DNA of 64,000 nt from Pseudomonadota bacterium (GCA_043821645.1 JBDRCO010000068.1:291802-355801), one strand, 5' to 3'; counted from the stretch's first letter, positions 29,801 to 39,554 are shown. The notes: generated by a model not told the origin, from the sequence alone. Translations and numbers: made by a program.

Positions 29801-31992
29801 AAGACGATGGCCTCGGGCAGTGCCGTGCGAACCACTGGCGTCGCGCCCGCGGGCTCGTCGAGTACGAACAGCACCCGCGCCGTGCTGCCATCGGTCCAGC
29901 GCGTCACCGTGTTCACCGGACAGCCTGCACGCGGCGCCAGCAGGAGCTCGGCAGTGCCCGGCACCAGCCCAGGTGGACTGAAGTCGAGCTGCACGGCCAC
30001 GCTCACGGTGCTCTCGTTGCCTGCCGCATCGACTGCCCGCACCGCGATGATGTTCAGGCCCCCGGGCTCCGTGCCGTCGACGGTGTAGGTGCATTCCTTG
30101 CGGAAGGGCCCCCTGTCTGTGCGCGCCACGCAGTTGAATTCGCGGCCCGCCAGGGTCACCTGCAGCGTGGTGAGCTGCTTGGCCGGCGGGTCATGACCGT
30201 CGAAGCTCACGAGGATGCTGTCGTACCCAGCCTGGGCGCTGAACACCGTCGCTGTGGTGACGGGCGTGCTCAACACCGGGGGCTGGTTGTCGACCTCGAA
30301 CAGCGCGAACAGGTTGCTGGTATCGACCACGGTCACATTGCCCGCCAGGTCCTGCAAGCGAACCTGCTGCACGGCGTAGACCCCCGCGTCCAGGCCTGGC
30401 GTGACCGCCAGCGCCCACATGTGCCCCAGCCCCGACGGCCCCAACAGGGCGAAGCCCGGATCGCGAAGAGGCGCGGCCCAGGTCAGCTCCGGCGCGACCG
30501 CCAGGGGCTCGCTCGCGGTCACGGTCAGGATCGCCGTGATGCCCAGACGCGCAGCGGGCGGCGTGAACACCACGTCGATCAGCGTTGGCGGCACTGCGTC
30601 CATGTCGATGAAGCCGGGCTGCAGCAGCACGGTGTTGGCCACCCTGTCCACCAGCCGCACTTGTATGCCGACCAGGCCCACCAGCCCCGTGCCAGCCAGC
30701 ACCATCTGGTAGCTGTAAGGAGCGGTGGAGGACCCGACGCGGTTCATGGCCAGGCCCCCCAGTGAGACCACCGGCTCGGCGCCCAGCTCCTCGTCCACCG
30801 AGAAGCTCACCGTCACCGTGTCCGCGGCCAGGGCCGAGACATGGCTCTGCTGATAATCCACGAGCGAAGGCGCCCTGGTGTCGTACTCGACCAGGCCTAG
30901 CTCCAGCGTCCGGGTGCGGTTGCCTGCCAGGTCCTCGAGGTCCTGCAGGGACAGCGTGAAGCGGCCGTCCGTGCCCGACTCCACCACGTGTTCAAAGCGC
31001 AGGCGGTTGCTGGTGCTGCCCACCTCGTCGTAGGTGTGCGAGGCGCCGCCGCTGGCCCCGGCTTCCGCACGCAAGGCGCCCCAGCTCTTCAGCTCCTCGC
31101 TCAGGGTCACCTCGACCAGCACGCGCTGTCCCGCCGCAGCCAGCTCCGGCACCACCCGGCTCGAGGTCAGGTCGGGGGGCGTGAAATCGAGCACGAGTTT
31201 GGCCAGCTGTGGTTCGTCGAGGGTGTTGCCGGCGGCATCTTCCGCCGTGACCTGCACCAGGTACAGGCCCTCGGCCTCGTGACCGTCTGGCGTGTACACG
31301 TAGCGGTGCGTCAGCGTGCCTGCCCCGCTGACGTGCGTCAGGCTGTGGCTTGCTCCGTCGTCTCCACGCACGCTCACGCTCGGGGCGGTGGGCAGGATCT
31401 CGTTCAGCTCGAGGTTCAGATGGACCGTGGTGCCGGTGCTCGCCACCACCGGGTCCAGCGTCGAGGCCAGGATGCGCGGTGGCGAGAAGTCCAGCAGCAG
31501 GCTGCCCGCGCTCTGGTTGGCCAGGGCGTTGCCCGACAGGTCCACCAGATCCACCGTGGCCAGGCGCGCACCCTCCTGCTCGCTGCCGCTGGCGGTGTAG
31601 CCAAAGACGTAGCTCAGCTCGGCGCGCGTCGTGTTGTCCTCATCGAGGACCCAGCTCGCGGTGCGGTTGTTGCCGATGTCCAGCTCGACCACGGGGTCCT
31701 GGCCCAGGGGCTCGCTCACGTGAAATCGGAGCACGAAGGCCTGGCCCACGCTGCCGCTCGGCGGCGTGAACACCGGCTCTCCCAGCAGAGTCGGCGCCAC
31801 CCCATCTCGCTGCGCGATGGGTATGCAGCGCCCCAGGGTCGGGTTGCACAGCCAGTCCGGCGGGCAGTCCGCGTCACCGCTGCAGGCGATCTGGGGCAGG
31901 TTCTTGCCGTCGACAGGGACGGCGGGGTCAAAGCTGCAGGCACCCTGCAACACCAGAAGAATGAGCACGGACAAGACGGGGCGTCGCCGCAC
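26878..31992 (-). CDS. giant surface lipoprotein, paralog of 8960-14683 (Ig-like stalk plus 12 Kelch-like repeats)
   Basis: GGAG RBS plus GTG 31992; lipobox QGAC; 'QIAC..D.DCPPDW.CNPTLGRC.PIAQRDGVAP' shared with the paralog; 12 Kelch repeats. Confidence 0.85.
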   Translation of the reverse strand: MRRRPVLSVLILLVLQGACSFDPAVPVDGKNLPQIACSGDADCPPDWLCNPTLGRCIPIAQRDGVAPTLLGEPVFTPPSGSVGQAFVLRFHVSEPLGQDPVVELDIGNNRTASWVLDEDNTTRAELSYVFGYTASGSEQEGARLATVDLVDLSGNALANQSAGSLLLDFSPPRILASTLDPVVASTGTTVHLNLELNEILPTAPSVSVRGDDGASHSLTHVSGAGTLTHRYVYTPDGHEAEGLYLVQVTAEDAAGNTLDEPQLAKLVLDFTPPDLTSSRVVPELAAAGQRVLVEVTLSEELKSWGALRAEAGASGGASHTYDEVGSTSNRLRFEHVVESGTDGRFTLSLQDLEDLAGNRTRTLELGLVEYDTRAPSLVDYQQSHVSALAADTVTVSFSVDEELGAEPVVSLGGLAMNRVGSSTAPYSYQMVLAGTGLVGLVGIQVRLVDRVANTVLLQPGFIDMDAVPPTLIDVVFTPPAARLGITAILTVTASEPLAVAPELTWAAPLRDPGFALLGPSGLGHMWALAVTPGLDAGVYAVQQVRLQDLAGNVTVVDTSNLFALFEVDNQPPVLSTPVTTATVFSAQAGYDSILVSFDGHDPPAKQLTTLQVTLAGREFNCVARTDRGPFRKECTYTVDGTEPGGLNIIAVRAVDAAGNESTVSVAVQLDFSPPGLVPGTAELLLAPRAGCPVNTVTRWTDGSTARVLFVLDEPAGATPVVRTALPEAIVFAHRSGSVTSFSFDKTLNGEATMQGLHTLEADVVDTVGNAATLDLDVALPLVVDTVAPSMLVDQTALRYLRSPWGSTTSENLGGFTIPAGPYFALAPAETLSGQSTLAAGALALDEGVPALVQVWSDAAMGSLLGTMVANGNGSWPRLRLANVDTPTVYVNGLDPACNASALVRVDSAEWVATANPPAFGPSPNQLEASGRIGETLVRDSGSSHPVGSETWGVDGEAALQSARSAWLARATSSVSPAARNSHAMAFDSARGRVVLFGSSSRHPDTWEWDGSTWEDRTPATASPPARSMNAMVYDSARGRIVLFGGSGDSGLLQDTWEWDGQTWIDRTPTAGNPMTRSQHAMAYDSARGRVVLFGGLRSGSRLADTWEWDGSRWQQKFPPSGSPSGRFGHSMAYDTLRERVVLFGGYDGAVRQETWEWDGQRWANATPGSNNPPARFYGAAVWDSVRERVLVFGGSASTAGLLQDCWEWDGLSWIEKTPTTTKPAARYTFAMAYDTLRGRAVMFSGFLNPGQPADTWEWDGQGWRDSTPTVAVPSARHWHAMAYDSAHAQVLLFGGDRQSGGASQDTWLWNGQNWTDVTPVSGNPPARYAHGLAHDGVRDRMVLFGGYSSGGSRLQDTWEWDGSSWSNVTPSSGNPPARSYGALVYDAARSQVLLFGGYSSGPQQDTWAWNGTSWTNVTPASGNPPVRYSHGLAYDSRRQRVVLFGGYNSVALQDTWEWDGSGWTERTPAQGNPRARSRFGMTFDASTARVVLFGGSDSNASFIVGDTWEWDGSSWSQRQPESVLPIPRHDHALAYDEARERVVLFGGWAGSIGGRQDTWEYDGGAAGQPGFQFGADFSTAGFLRDDVTGVRVRAHCGGSFSPFGGGDVGSTLRGWVTGGPGSPAGAWLPIAANSTSAAAGIPYLPAPPGALVDWSATSAIEARGFLLEGNRTLNVQCRPSGVSGRGEARVALDHIEVRMRYLAP

Positions 31993-32124
31993 GCTGGTCT
32001 CCAGGGTGGCGGTCCACCTCATGTTCTTCGGCAGTTTATCATGGCCGGGGAGTTGCCGTCGTCGCCGTTTACATCGAGGAGCGTGTCGGGTTTTCAGCCC
32101 GGCGCCGACTGCCACCCCGCCAGG

Positions 32125-32667
32125 CTATGGCACGTCCACCCTGCAGCTGTCGCCCATGCAATTGGGCCTGATCTCAGGTTCCTTCATGAGCTTGAGCCGG
32201 ATGGCGAGGGGATACAGCTTGCAGCCGACACAGATACCAAAAGCCGTCTCGAGATAGAGCAAGAGGATGCAGATCAGGCACAGCCGGCACACGTTGTTGA
32301 ACCAGCTTGCGTCGCTGAGCAGTCGCAGCGATAGAAACAAGATCGTCGTCGACAGCACCAGCCCCAGCGTCCAGGCGAACTTCTTCTGCACGGCACCGAT
32401 GTAGAGCGGCGTCTGCTTGTGGACCAGCAGCCTGGCGATGAACACAGTCGGCGAGAAGCTCGGATTGACCAGCAGGCCGATCAAAAAATTCACCACCAGG
32501 AAGCCCGAGATGTAGGGCAGCGCCCAGTAGTTCTTGAGCACGAAGCCGTTGATCGAGGCCACGATGGCGAGGGCCAGCATGATGCCGGCGCTACCTCTCA
32601 TGACGCGCTCATCAAGAACCTTGTAGCCCACACCCGCGACATCCTCGCCAAAACTGAACGTGGTCAT
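32125..32667 (-). CDS. DUF4395 family membrane protein
   Basis: 'ERVMRGSAG', 'QKKFAWTLG', 'LETAFGICVGCKLY' motifs. Confidence 0.8.
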   Translation of the reverse strand: MTTFSFGEDVAGVGYKVLDERVMRGSAGIMLALAIVASINGFVLKNYWALPYISGFLVVNFLIGLLVNPSFSPTVFIARLLVHKQTPLYIGAVQKKFAWTLGLVLSTTILFLSLRLLSDASWFNNVCRLCLICILLLYLETAFGICVGCKLYPLAIRLKLMKEPEIRPNCMGDSCRVDVP

Positions 32668-33053
32668 GTTGATCTCTCGATACGTGGTTTCCGCTGGTGC
32701 GATGTGAATCTCTTGGCCTGGATCTGCGGGCTGCCGTGGCTGGCCAGGCGCTGCGCGCAGTTCCCCAGTCTGCCATGGCACGTGCCAGATGACTCGGTGG
32801 ATATAGCGGCTAAGCGGCCCAGAAGTGTCAGGGGTATGTGTCTCGATTGTGACCCGTGTCCTGACGACGAGGTGACGACTGAAGTCCTGGTCCTTCCCTG
32901 GCCGTGCAGAGCCCCCTGCTGCCAACCGGCCATACCGGCGCCCTTGGGACGAACAGCCGCGCGCGCGCGCCACCCCCGTGCACCCTGCGCACCGCCAGCC
33001 CCGGGGTTATAGTCGCCGGGGGATCCGGGGGTCGGGAGAACGGAAACCAAGAA

Positions 33054-33905
33054 ATGGCCCAGCTTGACAACCAGACTTGCATCATCACCGGCGCCAATGG
33101 CGGCATAGGATATGTCACAACCCGCGACCTCGCCCGCCTGGGCGCGCACGTGGTGATGGTGTGCCGGAACGAACAGCGCGGTCTGGCCGCACGCGATGCG
33201 ATACGCCAGGAGACCGGCAATCCGAGGGTCGGATTGCTTGTCGGTGACACCAGCAGCCTGGCGGACATGCGCCGGGTCGCTGCCGAGATCCTCGAGGGCT
33301 GTCCGCGCATCGACGTGCTCATCGCCAACGCCGGCGGCGCCATGGGCAAGCGCACGGTGACCGCCGAGGGTTTCGAGAACACCCTGGCCACCAATCACCT
33401 CGGCCACTACCTGCTGACCCGCCTGCTGCTGGATAGACTGCTGGCCGACGGCGGCGCGCGGGTGGTGGTGACCAGCTCCCACGGCCACAAGAGCAGTGGT
33501 GCCATCGACTTTGACGACCTGAACATGGAGCGGCGCTGGGGCATGCTCAAGGCCTATGGCCTGACCAAGTTGATGAATGTGCTCATGGCCCAGGAACTTG
33601 ACCGGCGCTTCGGCGAACAGGGACTTCGCGCCAGCTCGTTCCACCCCGGCGCGGTGCGCACCGGTATCTGGAACAAGGCCGGTTTTCTCGGCTCCCTGGT
33701 CGGTGCGGTCGGTGGCCTGTTCATGATCTCGTCGGAGCAAGGGGCCGACACCATGACCTGGCTGGCGACCAGCGCCGAGGCAGCGGATCCGCAGGGGCAG
33801 TATTACTATCAGCGCAAGCGTCGGCGCATTTCGCCGCATGCCACCCAGGACGCGGCGAAGCGCTTGTGGGAGATGAGCGCCGAGCTGGTGGGGCTGCAGA
33901 CGTGA
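33054..33905 (+). CDS. short-chain dehydrogenase/reductase (retinol dehydrogenase-like)
   Basis: TGANGGIG, NAG, NHLGHY, YGLTK, HPGAVRT. Confidence 0.93.
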   Translation: MAQLDNQTCIITGANGGIGYVTTRDLARLGAHVVMVCRNEQRGLAARDAIRQETGNPRVGLLVGDTSSLADMRRVAAEILEGCPRIDVLIANAGGAMGKRTVTAEGFENTLATNHLGHYLLTRLLLDRLLADGGARVVVTSSHGHKSSGAIDFDDLNMERRWGMLKAYGLTKLMNVLMAQELDRRFGEQGLRASSFHPGAVRTGIWNKAGFLGSLVGAVGGLFMISSEQGADTMTWLATSAEAADPQGQYYYQRKRRRISPHATQDAAKRLWEMSAELVGLQT

Positions 33906-34153
33906 ACAGTGCGGTCGGCTCAGAACAGCTTCTTCCCGTCGGTGTGGTCTTCGCGGTGCTCGGTCTGCTGATCGCGTTTGTGCCCGCCAGGTGGCTGATC
34001 CAGATCGACCGCAAGACCGGCTACTGGATCTACAGGCGCGCTCCCGACGAGGCCACTGGCCTGCGACGCGCCGCGGTGTTCTACAAGATCTTTGGCATGC
34101 TGTTCATTTTGGTCGGTCTGGCTGCAGCTTTTCTTGCGCTGCGGGGCCCCTGA
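33902..34153 (+). CDS. small two-TM membrane protein
   Basis: GTG overlaps the SDR stop; two hydrophobic helices. Confidence 0.6.
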   Translation: MNSAVGSEQLLPVGVVFAVLGLLIAFVPARWLIQIDRKTGYWIYRRAPDEATGLRRAAVFYKIFGMLFILVGLAAAFLALRGP

Positions 34154-34162
34154 AGGCGGTCC

Positions 34163-34428
34163 TTCACACCCGGCTCCAGGCTCACCAAGGCCGCAGCCGT
34201 GTGCAGCGCGGGGGAAAGGTCCAAAGTGACCCGGAGCTGCAGCGCTTTGTCCGCGACCTGGTTCACAAAGTGGCCGGCACCCATGTCATCTGCATCGGCT
34301 TTCTCCGCATGGTGCTGCTCCATGGCGACGCGAGCCTGCACAAGGTGGCTCTGCTGGTGACGGGGGGCTCGGCCTGGCAAAGCTGGAACGTCCTGCTGAC
34401 CTGCGCATCCGCGGCGCGAGGCTCCTAG
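34163..34428 (+). pseudogene. degenerate copy of the 1974-2399 membrane protein
   Basis: 'DPELQRFVRDLVHKVAGTHVICIG..GDASLHKVALL' vs 'DPELHAFVRYLVYWVAGTKVIFIA..GDARLQAVALL'; no start, frameshift near 34225. Confidence 0.7.
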
Positions 34429-34430
34429 AC

Positions 34431-34803
34431 GGGCTGTGCATCCGGAGTCGCGCAGCCACCTCCGTGGCTCGGGGACCTGTCGCGCCCTGGCACAGATCTG
34501 ATACTGTTTTTGGCATGGGAGCACGCCGTAACTGGATGGGGATACCGACGCTGGCGCTGCTCTGCACGGCCTGCCCCGCGACCAGCCCCAGCACAGCTGC
34601 GATCCAGTTTGCTTGTGACTCGGATGTCGACTGTCTGCCCGGCAATGTGTGCCAGCAAGGACGCTGCGGTGTGGCGGTACCCGATGCGAGCGTCGTACTC
34701 GTCGATGGCGCTGGCAGCCCGGATCGCGCGATGTCAGATGGCCGCCATGTCGACACCCTGGCAACCGATGGGACCATACAGGATGTCGTCGCCACCGACC
34801 ACC
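34431..34803 (+). repeat. direct repeat copy A (upstream region plus 5' end of the DUF2341 gene)
   Basis: Near-identical to about 36416-36791. Confidence 0.85.
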
Positions 34804-36248
34804 ATGGCGACGCGGCCGCGGCGGCTGAGCGACAGGACCCGGACAGCGGGGTCAGCGATCTCACCGGGACCGACACCGGGCAACCTGACTCCCCGGCAGG
34901 CGACACCCCGCGCGCCGATAGCAGCTCCAGCGACGTAGCGGATGCCAGCACCCCTGACGCGATGGCGAGCGACGCAGTCATGCCAGACGTCGCGGTGGTG
35001 GATGTGACCATTCCAGACACCGCCGTCGACGACATCCCATTTCCGGACGCGCAGCTTTCAGACCGCCAGCTCGAGGACACCCCTGCCGGCGATGCCCCTG
35101 TGGACGATCTCGGCAGCGTCGATGCGTGCCTGCCGACCGGGCCAGAGAGCACGGCCGATCTGAACTGCCACGATGGAAGGGACAACGATTGCGATGGCTG
35201 GAGCGACGAGCACGACGACGATTGCTGGTGGAACCAGAGCTGGACACGGCGCCGCAAGCTGACCTTTGACAACGCGGCACGCGATACCTCGCTGGATGAT
35301 TTTCCGGTGCTGCTGGTGCTGACCAGCGATCGTCTCGATTTCGGTCACACGGCCGATGATGGCGCAGACCTGCGCTTCGTCGCTGCCGACGATCGGACCG
35401 AACTGGCGCACGAGATCGAGCACTACCAGGAACCGGATCCGGCCCTCGTCTGGGTCAAGGTGCCGCACATCGCGGCCCTGTCGAGCAGCGGCTTCATCTG
35501 GATGTACTACGGCAGCTCGGCAGCCAGCGGGGCGCAACCGGCACAGGTCTGGAGCAACGGTTTCGAGGGCGTCTACCATTGCGCCGGCAACCTCGACGAC
35601 AGCTCGGCCAACGCGTTCGATGGCACCAACCACGGCTCGAACAACCTTCCGTCCGGTCACATCGGTGAGAGCCGAAGCTTCAACGGAAACAGCCAGTGGA
35701 TCGACCTCGGTGCAGGTCGCGACTTCCTCAGCGCGACCAGCGCCGCCACTCTCTCGGCCTGGGTCAAGCCCACGTCCGTCAGCGGCGACCGCAGCATCAT
35801 CGCCATCTCCATCTATAATGGCACCACGCCGACCGGAGTGTCTCGTGCGTACCTCGAACTCGCCGAAGGCTACGTGGCCATCGGTGGTCGAGGCAGTGAC
35901 AGTGACATCGAGCGCAGACTCGTCAGCGACAACAGCGCGATCACCCCGGGGACCTGGCACCACGTTGTCGGCCTCCTCGACTATGCGAGCCGGTGGGGCA
36001 CCATCTACGTCGACGGCATGCAGATCGACGCCGGTGCCCTGAGCTTCGACCAGACCAGCACGGCCAACACCACTGCCACGAGCAGCGCCATCGGCGCCCA
36101 GGACGATGGCACGACCTACTACTTCGCCGGTCACCTCGACGAGCTTCGCGTCGCCGCGCGCCTTCGTACGGCCGCCTGGATCAGTGCCGAGTACACCAGC
36201 CAGATGGATAACGGCTTCGTCGTGTACGGTGCAGAACAGGTCCACTGA
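34515..36248 (+). CDS. lipoprotein with Asp/Ala-rich linker, DUF2341 and LamG/ConA-like domains
   Basis: Lipobox CTAC; 'WWNQSWTRRRKLTF...DFPVL...DGADLRF...HEIE...WVKVP' and LamG 'WHHVVG...YVDG...F.G.LDELR'. Confidence 0.85.
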   Translation: MGARRNWMGIPTLALLCTACPATSPSTAAIQFACDSDVDCLPGNVCQQGRCGVAVPDASVVLVDGAGSPDRAMSDGRHVDTLATDGTIQDVVATDHHGDAAAAAERQDPDSGVSDLTGTDTGQPDSPAGDTPRADSSSSDVADASTPDAMASDAVMPDVAVVDVTIPDTAVDDIPFPDAQLSDRQLEDTPAGDAPVDDLGSVDACLPTGPESTADLNCHDGRDNDCDGWSDEHDDDCWWNQSWTRRRKLTFDNAARDTSLDDFPVLLVLTSDRLDFGHTADDGADLRFVAADDRTELAHEIEHYQEPDPALVWVKVPHIAALSSSGFIWMYYGSSAASGAQPAQVWSNGFEGVYHCAGNLDDSSANAFDGTNHGSNNLPSGHIGESRSFNGNSQWIDLGAGRDFLSATSAATLSAWVKPTSVSGDRSIIAISIYNGTTPTGVSRAYLELAEGYVAIGGRGSDSDIERRLVSDNSAITPGTWHHVVGLLDYASRWGTIYVDGMQIDAGALSFDQTSTANTTATSSAIGAQDDGTTYYFAGHLDELRVAARLRTAAWISAEYTSQMDNGFVVYGAEQVH

Positions 36249-36415
36249 ACGCGAGGGCTCTTTCACGTCGTCGTCGAGCAGAAGGTCGCGATTGTGGCAG
36301 CGCCAGCTGAATGGAGCACATCGGGGACAGAGTCCCTTTGTCCCTGAGGGTCTCCACCTGGCTGTTCGAGACGGTTGTGCCCGGATGTGAGTCCGCAACG
36401 CGAGGCCCCGTGAGG

Positions 36416-36805
36416 GGTCTGTGCAGCCGGAGTCTCGCGGCCGGCTCCAGGTGGTCCCGGGGGGCTGTCGCAGCCTGGTACAGAGCTGTTACTGTTTCTG
36501 GCATGGCAGCACGCCATAGCTGGAGAGGGTTCCCGACGCTCGCGCTGCTGTGCACGGCCTGCCCCGCGACCAGCCCCAGCACAGCTGCGATCCAGTTTGC
36601 CTGCGACTCGGATGTCGACTGTCTGCCCGGCAATGTGTGCCAGCAAGGACGCTGCGGCGCGCTGACACCCGATGCGAGCGTCGTGCTCGTCGATGGCGCT
36701 GGCAGCCCGGATCGCGCGATGTCAGATGGCCGCCTTGTCGACACCCTGGCGAACGATGGGGCGCTCCAGGATGTCCTCGCCACCGACCACGTCGCCGCCT
36801 GGTAG
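36416..36805 (+). pseudogene. direct repeat copy B: truncated duplicate of the DUF2341 gene 5' end (ORF 36503-36805)
   Basis: Encodes the same 'PTLALLCTACPATSPSTAAIQFACDSDVDCLPGNVCQQGRCG' and then stops after ATDHVAAW. Confidence 0.8.
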
Positions 36806-36886
36806 CTGGCAGCGAGGCAGCGGTCCCAGACTTCGCCGTAGTTCTCCGCTAAATGCGGCGCGCTCGATGGAAAGCGGGGCCCACCT

Positions 36887-38905
36887 TCACTGCACGGTGG
36901 CCAACCACAGCTGCGACGTGGATTGCTGATATTTCGTGTAAAGAAAAGAGTCGTCGCCTCGCCATCCGAGGAGGAAAAACGAGCCACGGTCGACGATGTG
37001 CAGGGTTCCGCTGACCAGGTCGACGAGCACAAGATTGTTTTGTGAGCTGGTCGACAGCTCGACTTCCAGGACGGCGTATTGCGAGCCTGGACTGAAACTG
37101 CAGTCCGAGATCTTGGCGTTCTGCGCAAGAATCTGCTGGCTTCCATCCGCCAAGGTCACCAGCTTGACCTCACCGTGACTACTGCCTGCCGTGCCGCGGC
37201 CGTAAATAAAATAGGCTTCATCGGGTGAGAACATCTCCTCTAAGAACCCGGTCTGCCAGTTCACATCCGAGGCGATGAGGGTCTGGCTACCCAGGTCCGG
37301 AATGCCGGCGACAACCAGGTCGCCGATCTCGGTCGCGGGCTGGTAATTGATGCTCAGGGCCACCTGGGTTCCACTGGGCGAAAAGCGAAACCTGTCGAGC
37401 ACCGAGGCGTTGATCTCGTCCGCGACTCCCGACGCCATATTGAGGGCGTGCAGCGAGCCATAGCGGCCGTTGGACTGATAGCCGATAAAGTACAGCAGGG
37501 AATCCAGGCCAGGTGCCCGGCGCACAAAGGGCACGCCGCTTTCGATGAGGGTCGGGCCGGATGCGCCAGCGCGCATGTACTTCAAGGTGCCGAGACCATT
37601 GTTATTATCGATGCTGACCCACTGATCCAGGTAGGCCATGGCGTCACTGGCGAAGGGCGACAGGCTGTTCCATGTGACGGCAGTTCCCAGCAGGCGCGGC
37701 ACCACGTTTTCATAGACCGAGGCGCGCCATACTTCACCGGTACTGCTGCTGGTATCGTAGTTTTTCCAGTACACAACCGCATCACCCTGGTCGGCCGGGA
37801 TCGGTCTTAGCCCGTTCTCGATACCGGGGCTGGCCGAGATGGTCCAGGTGGCGTAGTCGCTGACCCGGCTCGCGCGCAGATTTCGCGAGTTGGTGCCGGC
37901 GTCGTAGGCGTCAAAAACCAGATGCTGTCCGCCGTTGGCAAAGATAAAAGTGTTCTGTGTGACACTATCGGCGACCCAGCTCCAGCTGAGATCATCGATG
38001 TGCACGATCGCGAGCCGGTTGTTGAAGTTATCTTCAATGGCGACGGCAAGCGCACCGCTTGAAGACCATCCCGAGCCGCTCCAAGACCATACCCAGCTCA
38101 CCACGTCAGAGGCAAAGCTCTCGGTGCTGTTGGTGACAAAGTCATGGCGAAACAGCTCGTAGGTTGAGCTGTCCGGCGGCGATATTTTGGAATACACCGT
38201 GTAACGGCTGTCCGACGAGAACACCCACTGCTCCACCCGATCGGCGAGCATGCGCGGGGTGGCCTGGCTGGTTGGCACAACCCACAGCTGCTGCGGTGAG
38301 CTGGCGTTGTCGCCGCATTCGTTGGCAGTAAATCCAAGATATTGCTCGTCATCCGAGAAAACCGCGATGGGGTGACTGTTGCTCTGAACTCGTTGACCGA
38401 CCTGCACCAGGCTTCGGGTCGCCATGTCAAACAGCTGCACGTTTCCACACTGAGCTGTGACCGGGCCCAACATGACGGCCAGGTAGTTGTTGTTGCGCGA
38501 CCTTGTCATCGTCTCGTAGTCACCAATGGAGTACTGCGCGGTGCTCGGGCCGCCGGCGTCGGCGGGCGGCGATGTATCCCAGGGACCCAGGTCTGCGCTG
38601 CCGGTATCAGCAATGCGGTTATCCGGCAGGTGGCTGTCTGCCACACTGGCATCGGCAGAATCGCCTGCAGACCCGTCGGGCTGCGTTGCTGCATCACGCG
38701 AGGCGGTATCGGGGGTCGCGGCATCGCCCAGCGCATCTGCACCGGGGCTGTCGGCGATCGAGACGTCCTGACAGCCGCCATCGCTGCATGACGGGCGTGG
38801 CCGGGGGGTGGCGTCCTGCGAGGAGGGCGCCCGCTCGGGATTCAGACAGGCCAGACTGAGCGAAGCCCATCCGAAAATCGCGATAAACCTAGGCAGTACT
38901 CTCAT
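36887..38905 (-). CDS. lipoprotein with D-A-rich linker and TolB/WD40-like beta-propeller
   Basis: Lipobox SLAC; repeated 'FS.D..Y..F' and 'FSP.G' blades; visibly lower GC than its neighbours. Confidence 0.75.
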   Translation of the reverse strand: MRVLPRFIAIFGWASLSLACLNPERAPSSQDATPRPRPSCSDGGCQDVSIADSPGADALGDAATPDTASRDAATQPDGSAGDSADASVADSHLPDNRIADTGSADLGPWDTSPPADAGGPSTAQYSIGDYETMTRSRNNNYLAVMLGPVTAQCGNVQLFDMATRSLVQVGQRVQSNSHPIAVFSDDEQYLGFTANECGDNASSPQQLWVVPTSQATPRMLADRVEQWVFSSDSRYTVYSKISPPDSSTYELFRHDFVTNSTESFASDVVSWVWSWSGSGWSSSGALAVAIEDNFNNRLAIVHIDDLSWSWVADSVTQNTFIFANGGQHLVFDAYDAGTNSRNLRASRVSDYATWTISASPGIENGLRPIPADQGDAVVYWKNYDTSSSTGEVWRASVYENVVPRLLGTAVTWNSLSPFASDAMAYLDQWVSIDNNNGLGTLKYMRAGASGPTLIESGVPFVRRAPGLDSLLYFIGYQSNGRYGSLHALNMASGVADEINASVLDRFRFSPSGTQVALSINYQPATEIGDLVVAGIPDLGSQTLIASDVNWQTGFLEEMFSPDEAYFIYGRGTAGSSHGEVKLVTLADGSQQILAQNAKISDCSFSPGSQYAVLEVELSTSSQNNLVLVDLVSGTLHIVDRGSFFLLGWRGDDSFLYTKYQQSTSQLWLATVQ

Positions 38906-39554
38906 TGTCAAAGCACTCCAAAGGGCAGGCCCCGGGCGGCTGCCTGGGCGTGAATGGTTCACTCTATACTGGAGTCTCCAGGCATTGACTTGTCGCACGG
39001 CCCGGTGGCCTGGACGTTTAAAGAGTACCGAGCAGTACCGGGGACAGAGCCGACATCCGTGTCAGCATAAAACAAAAATATCGGCCCAGTATCTTGATAA
39101 TGATAAATAATTTTAAATTTGGGTCAAGTCAGACAAGCCGCCACCCAGGGGCGCGAGCTGACATCAAAGTCGTCTCTGTCCCCGATTTTACCCGATTTTA
39201 CGCAGCCGTGACCTTCGAGGTGGGTGCCCCGGGCGCAGCAGGCCCCGGCCACACAACCGCGCTCAGATCGCACGCGGTGGCGCAGAGAAGAGAGTAGCGA
39301 GGACAGAGCCGACACATCTCTGGGCACCCAAAGGTGCGCGCCGCGGGTCCGTTGACAGGTTTTCTAACCGCGTCCAGAGTTCGTTGCGGGGTCCGCTCAA
39401 CCGGCTCGGCGCTCGGTGAGCGACCACCGTGGGGACATCCCGGCGAGTTCGGTCCGTGAGTGCCGCCAGTGCGGGGCATGCGTGTCTTTCAAGTTCGGCC
39501 CGTGCTTCCCGCAGGCACCATCCGGGTCCGTGCGCTGCGCAGGAGAGCGGGACT

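Noticed and set aside
34431-36805. Repeat pair as a diversity-generating retroelement TR/VR
   Set aside because: No reverse transcriptase in the window, the differences are not adenine-specific, and the repeat covers the N-terminus.
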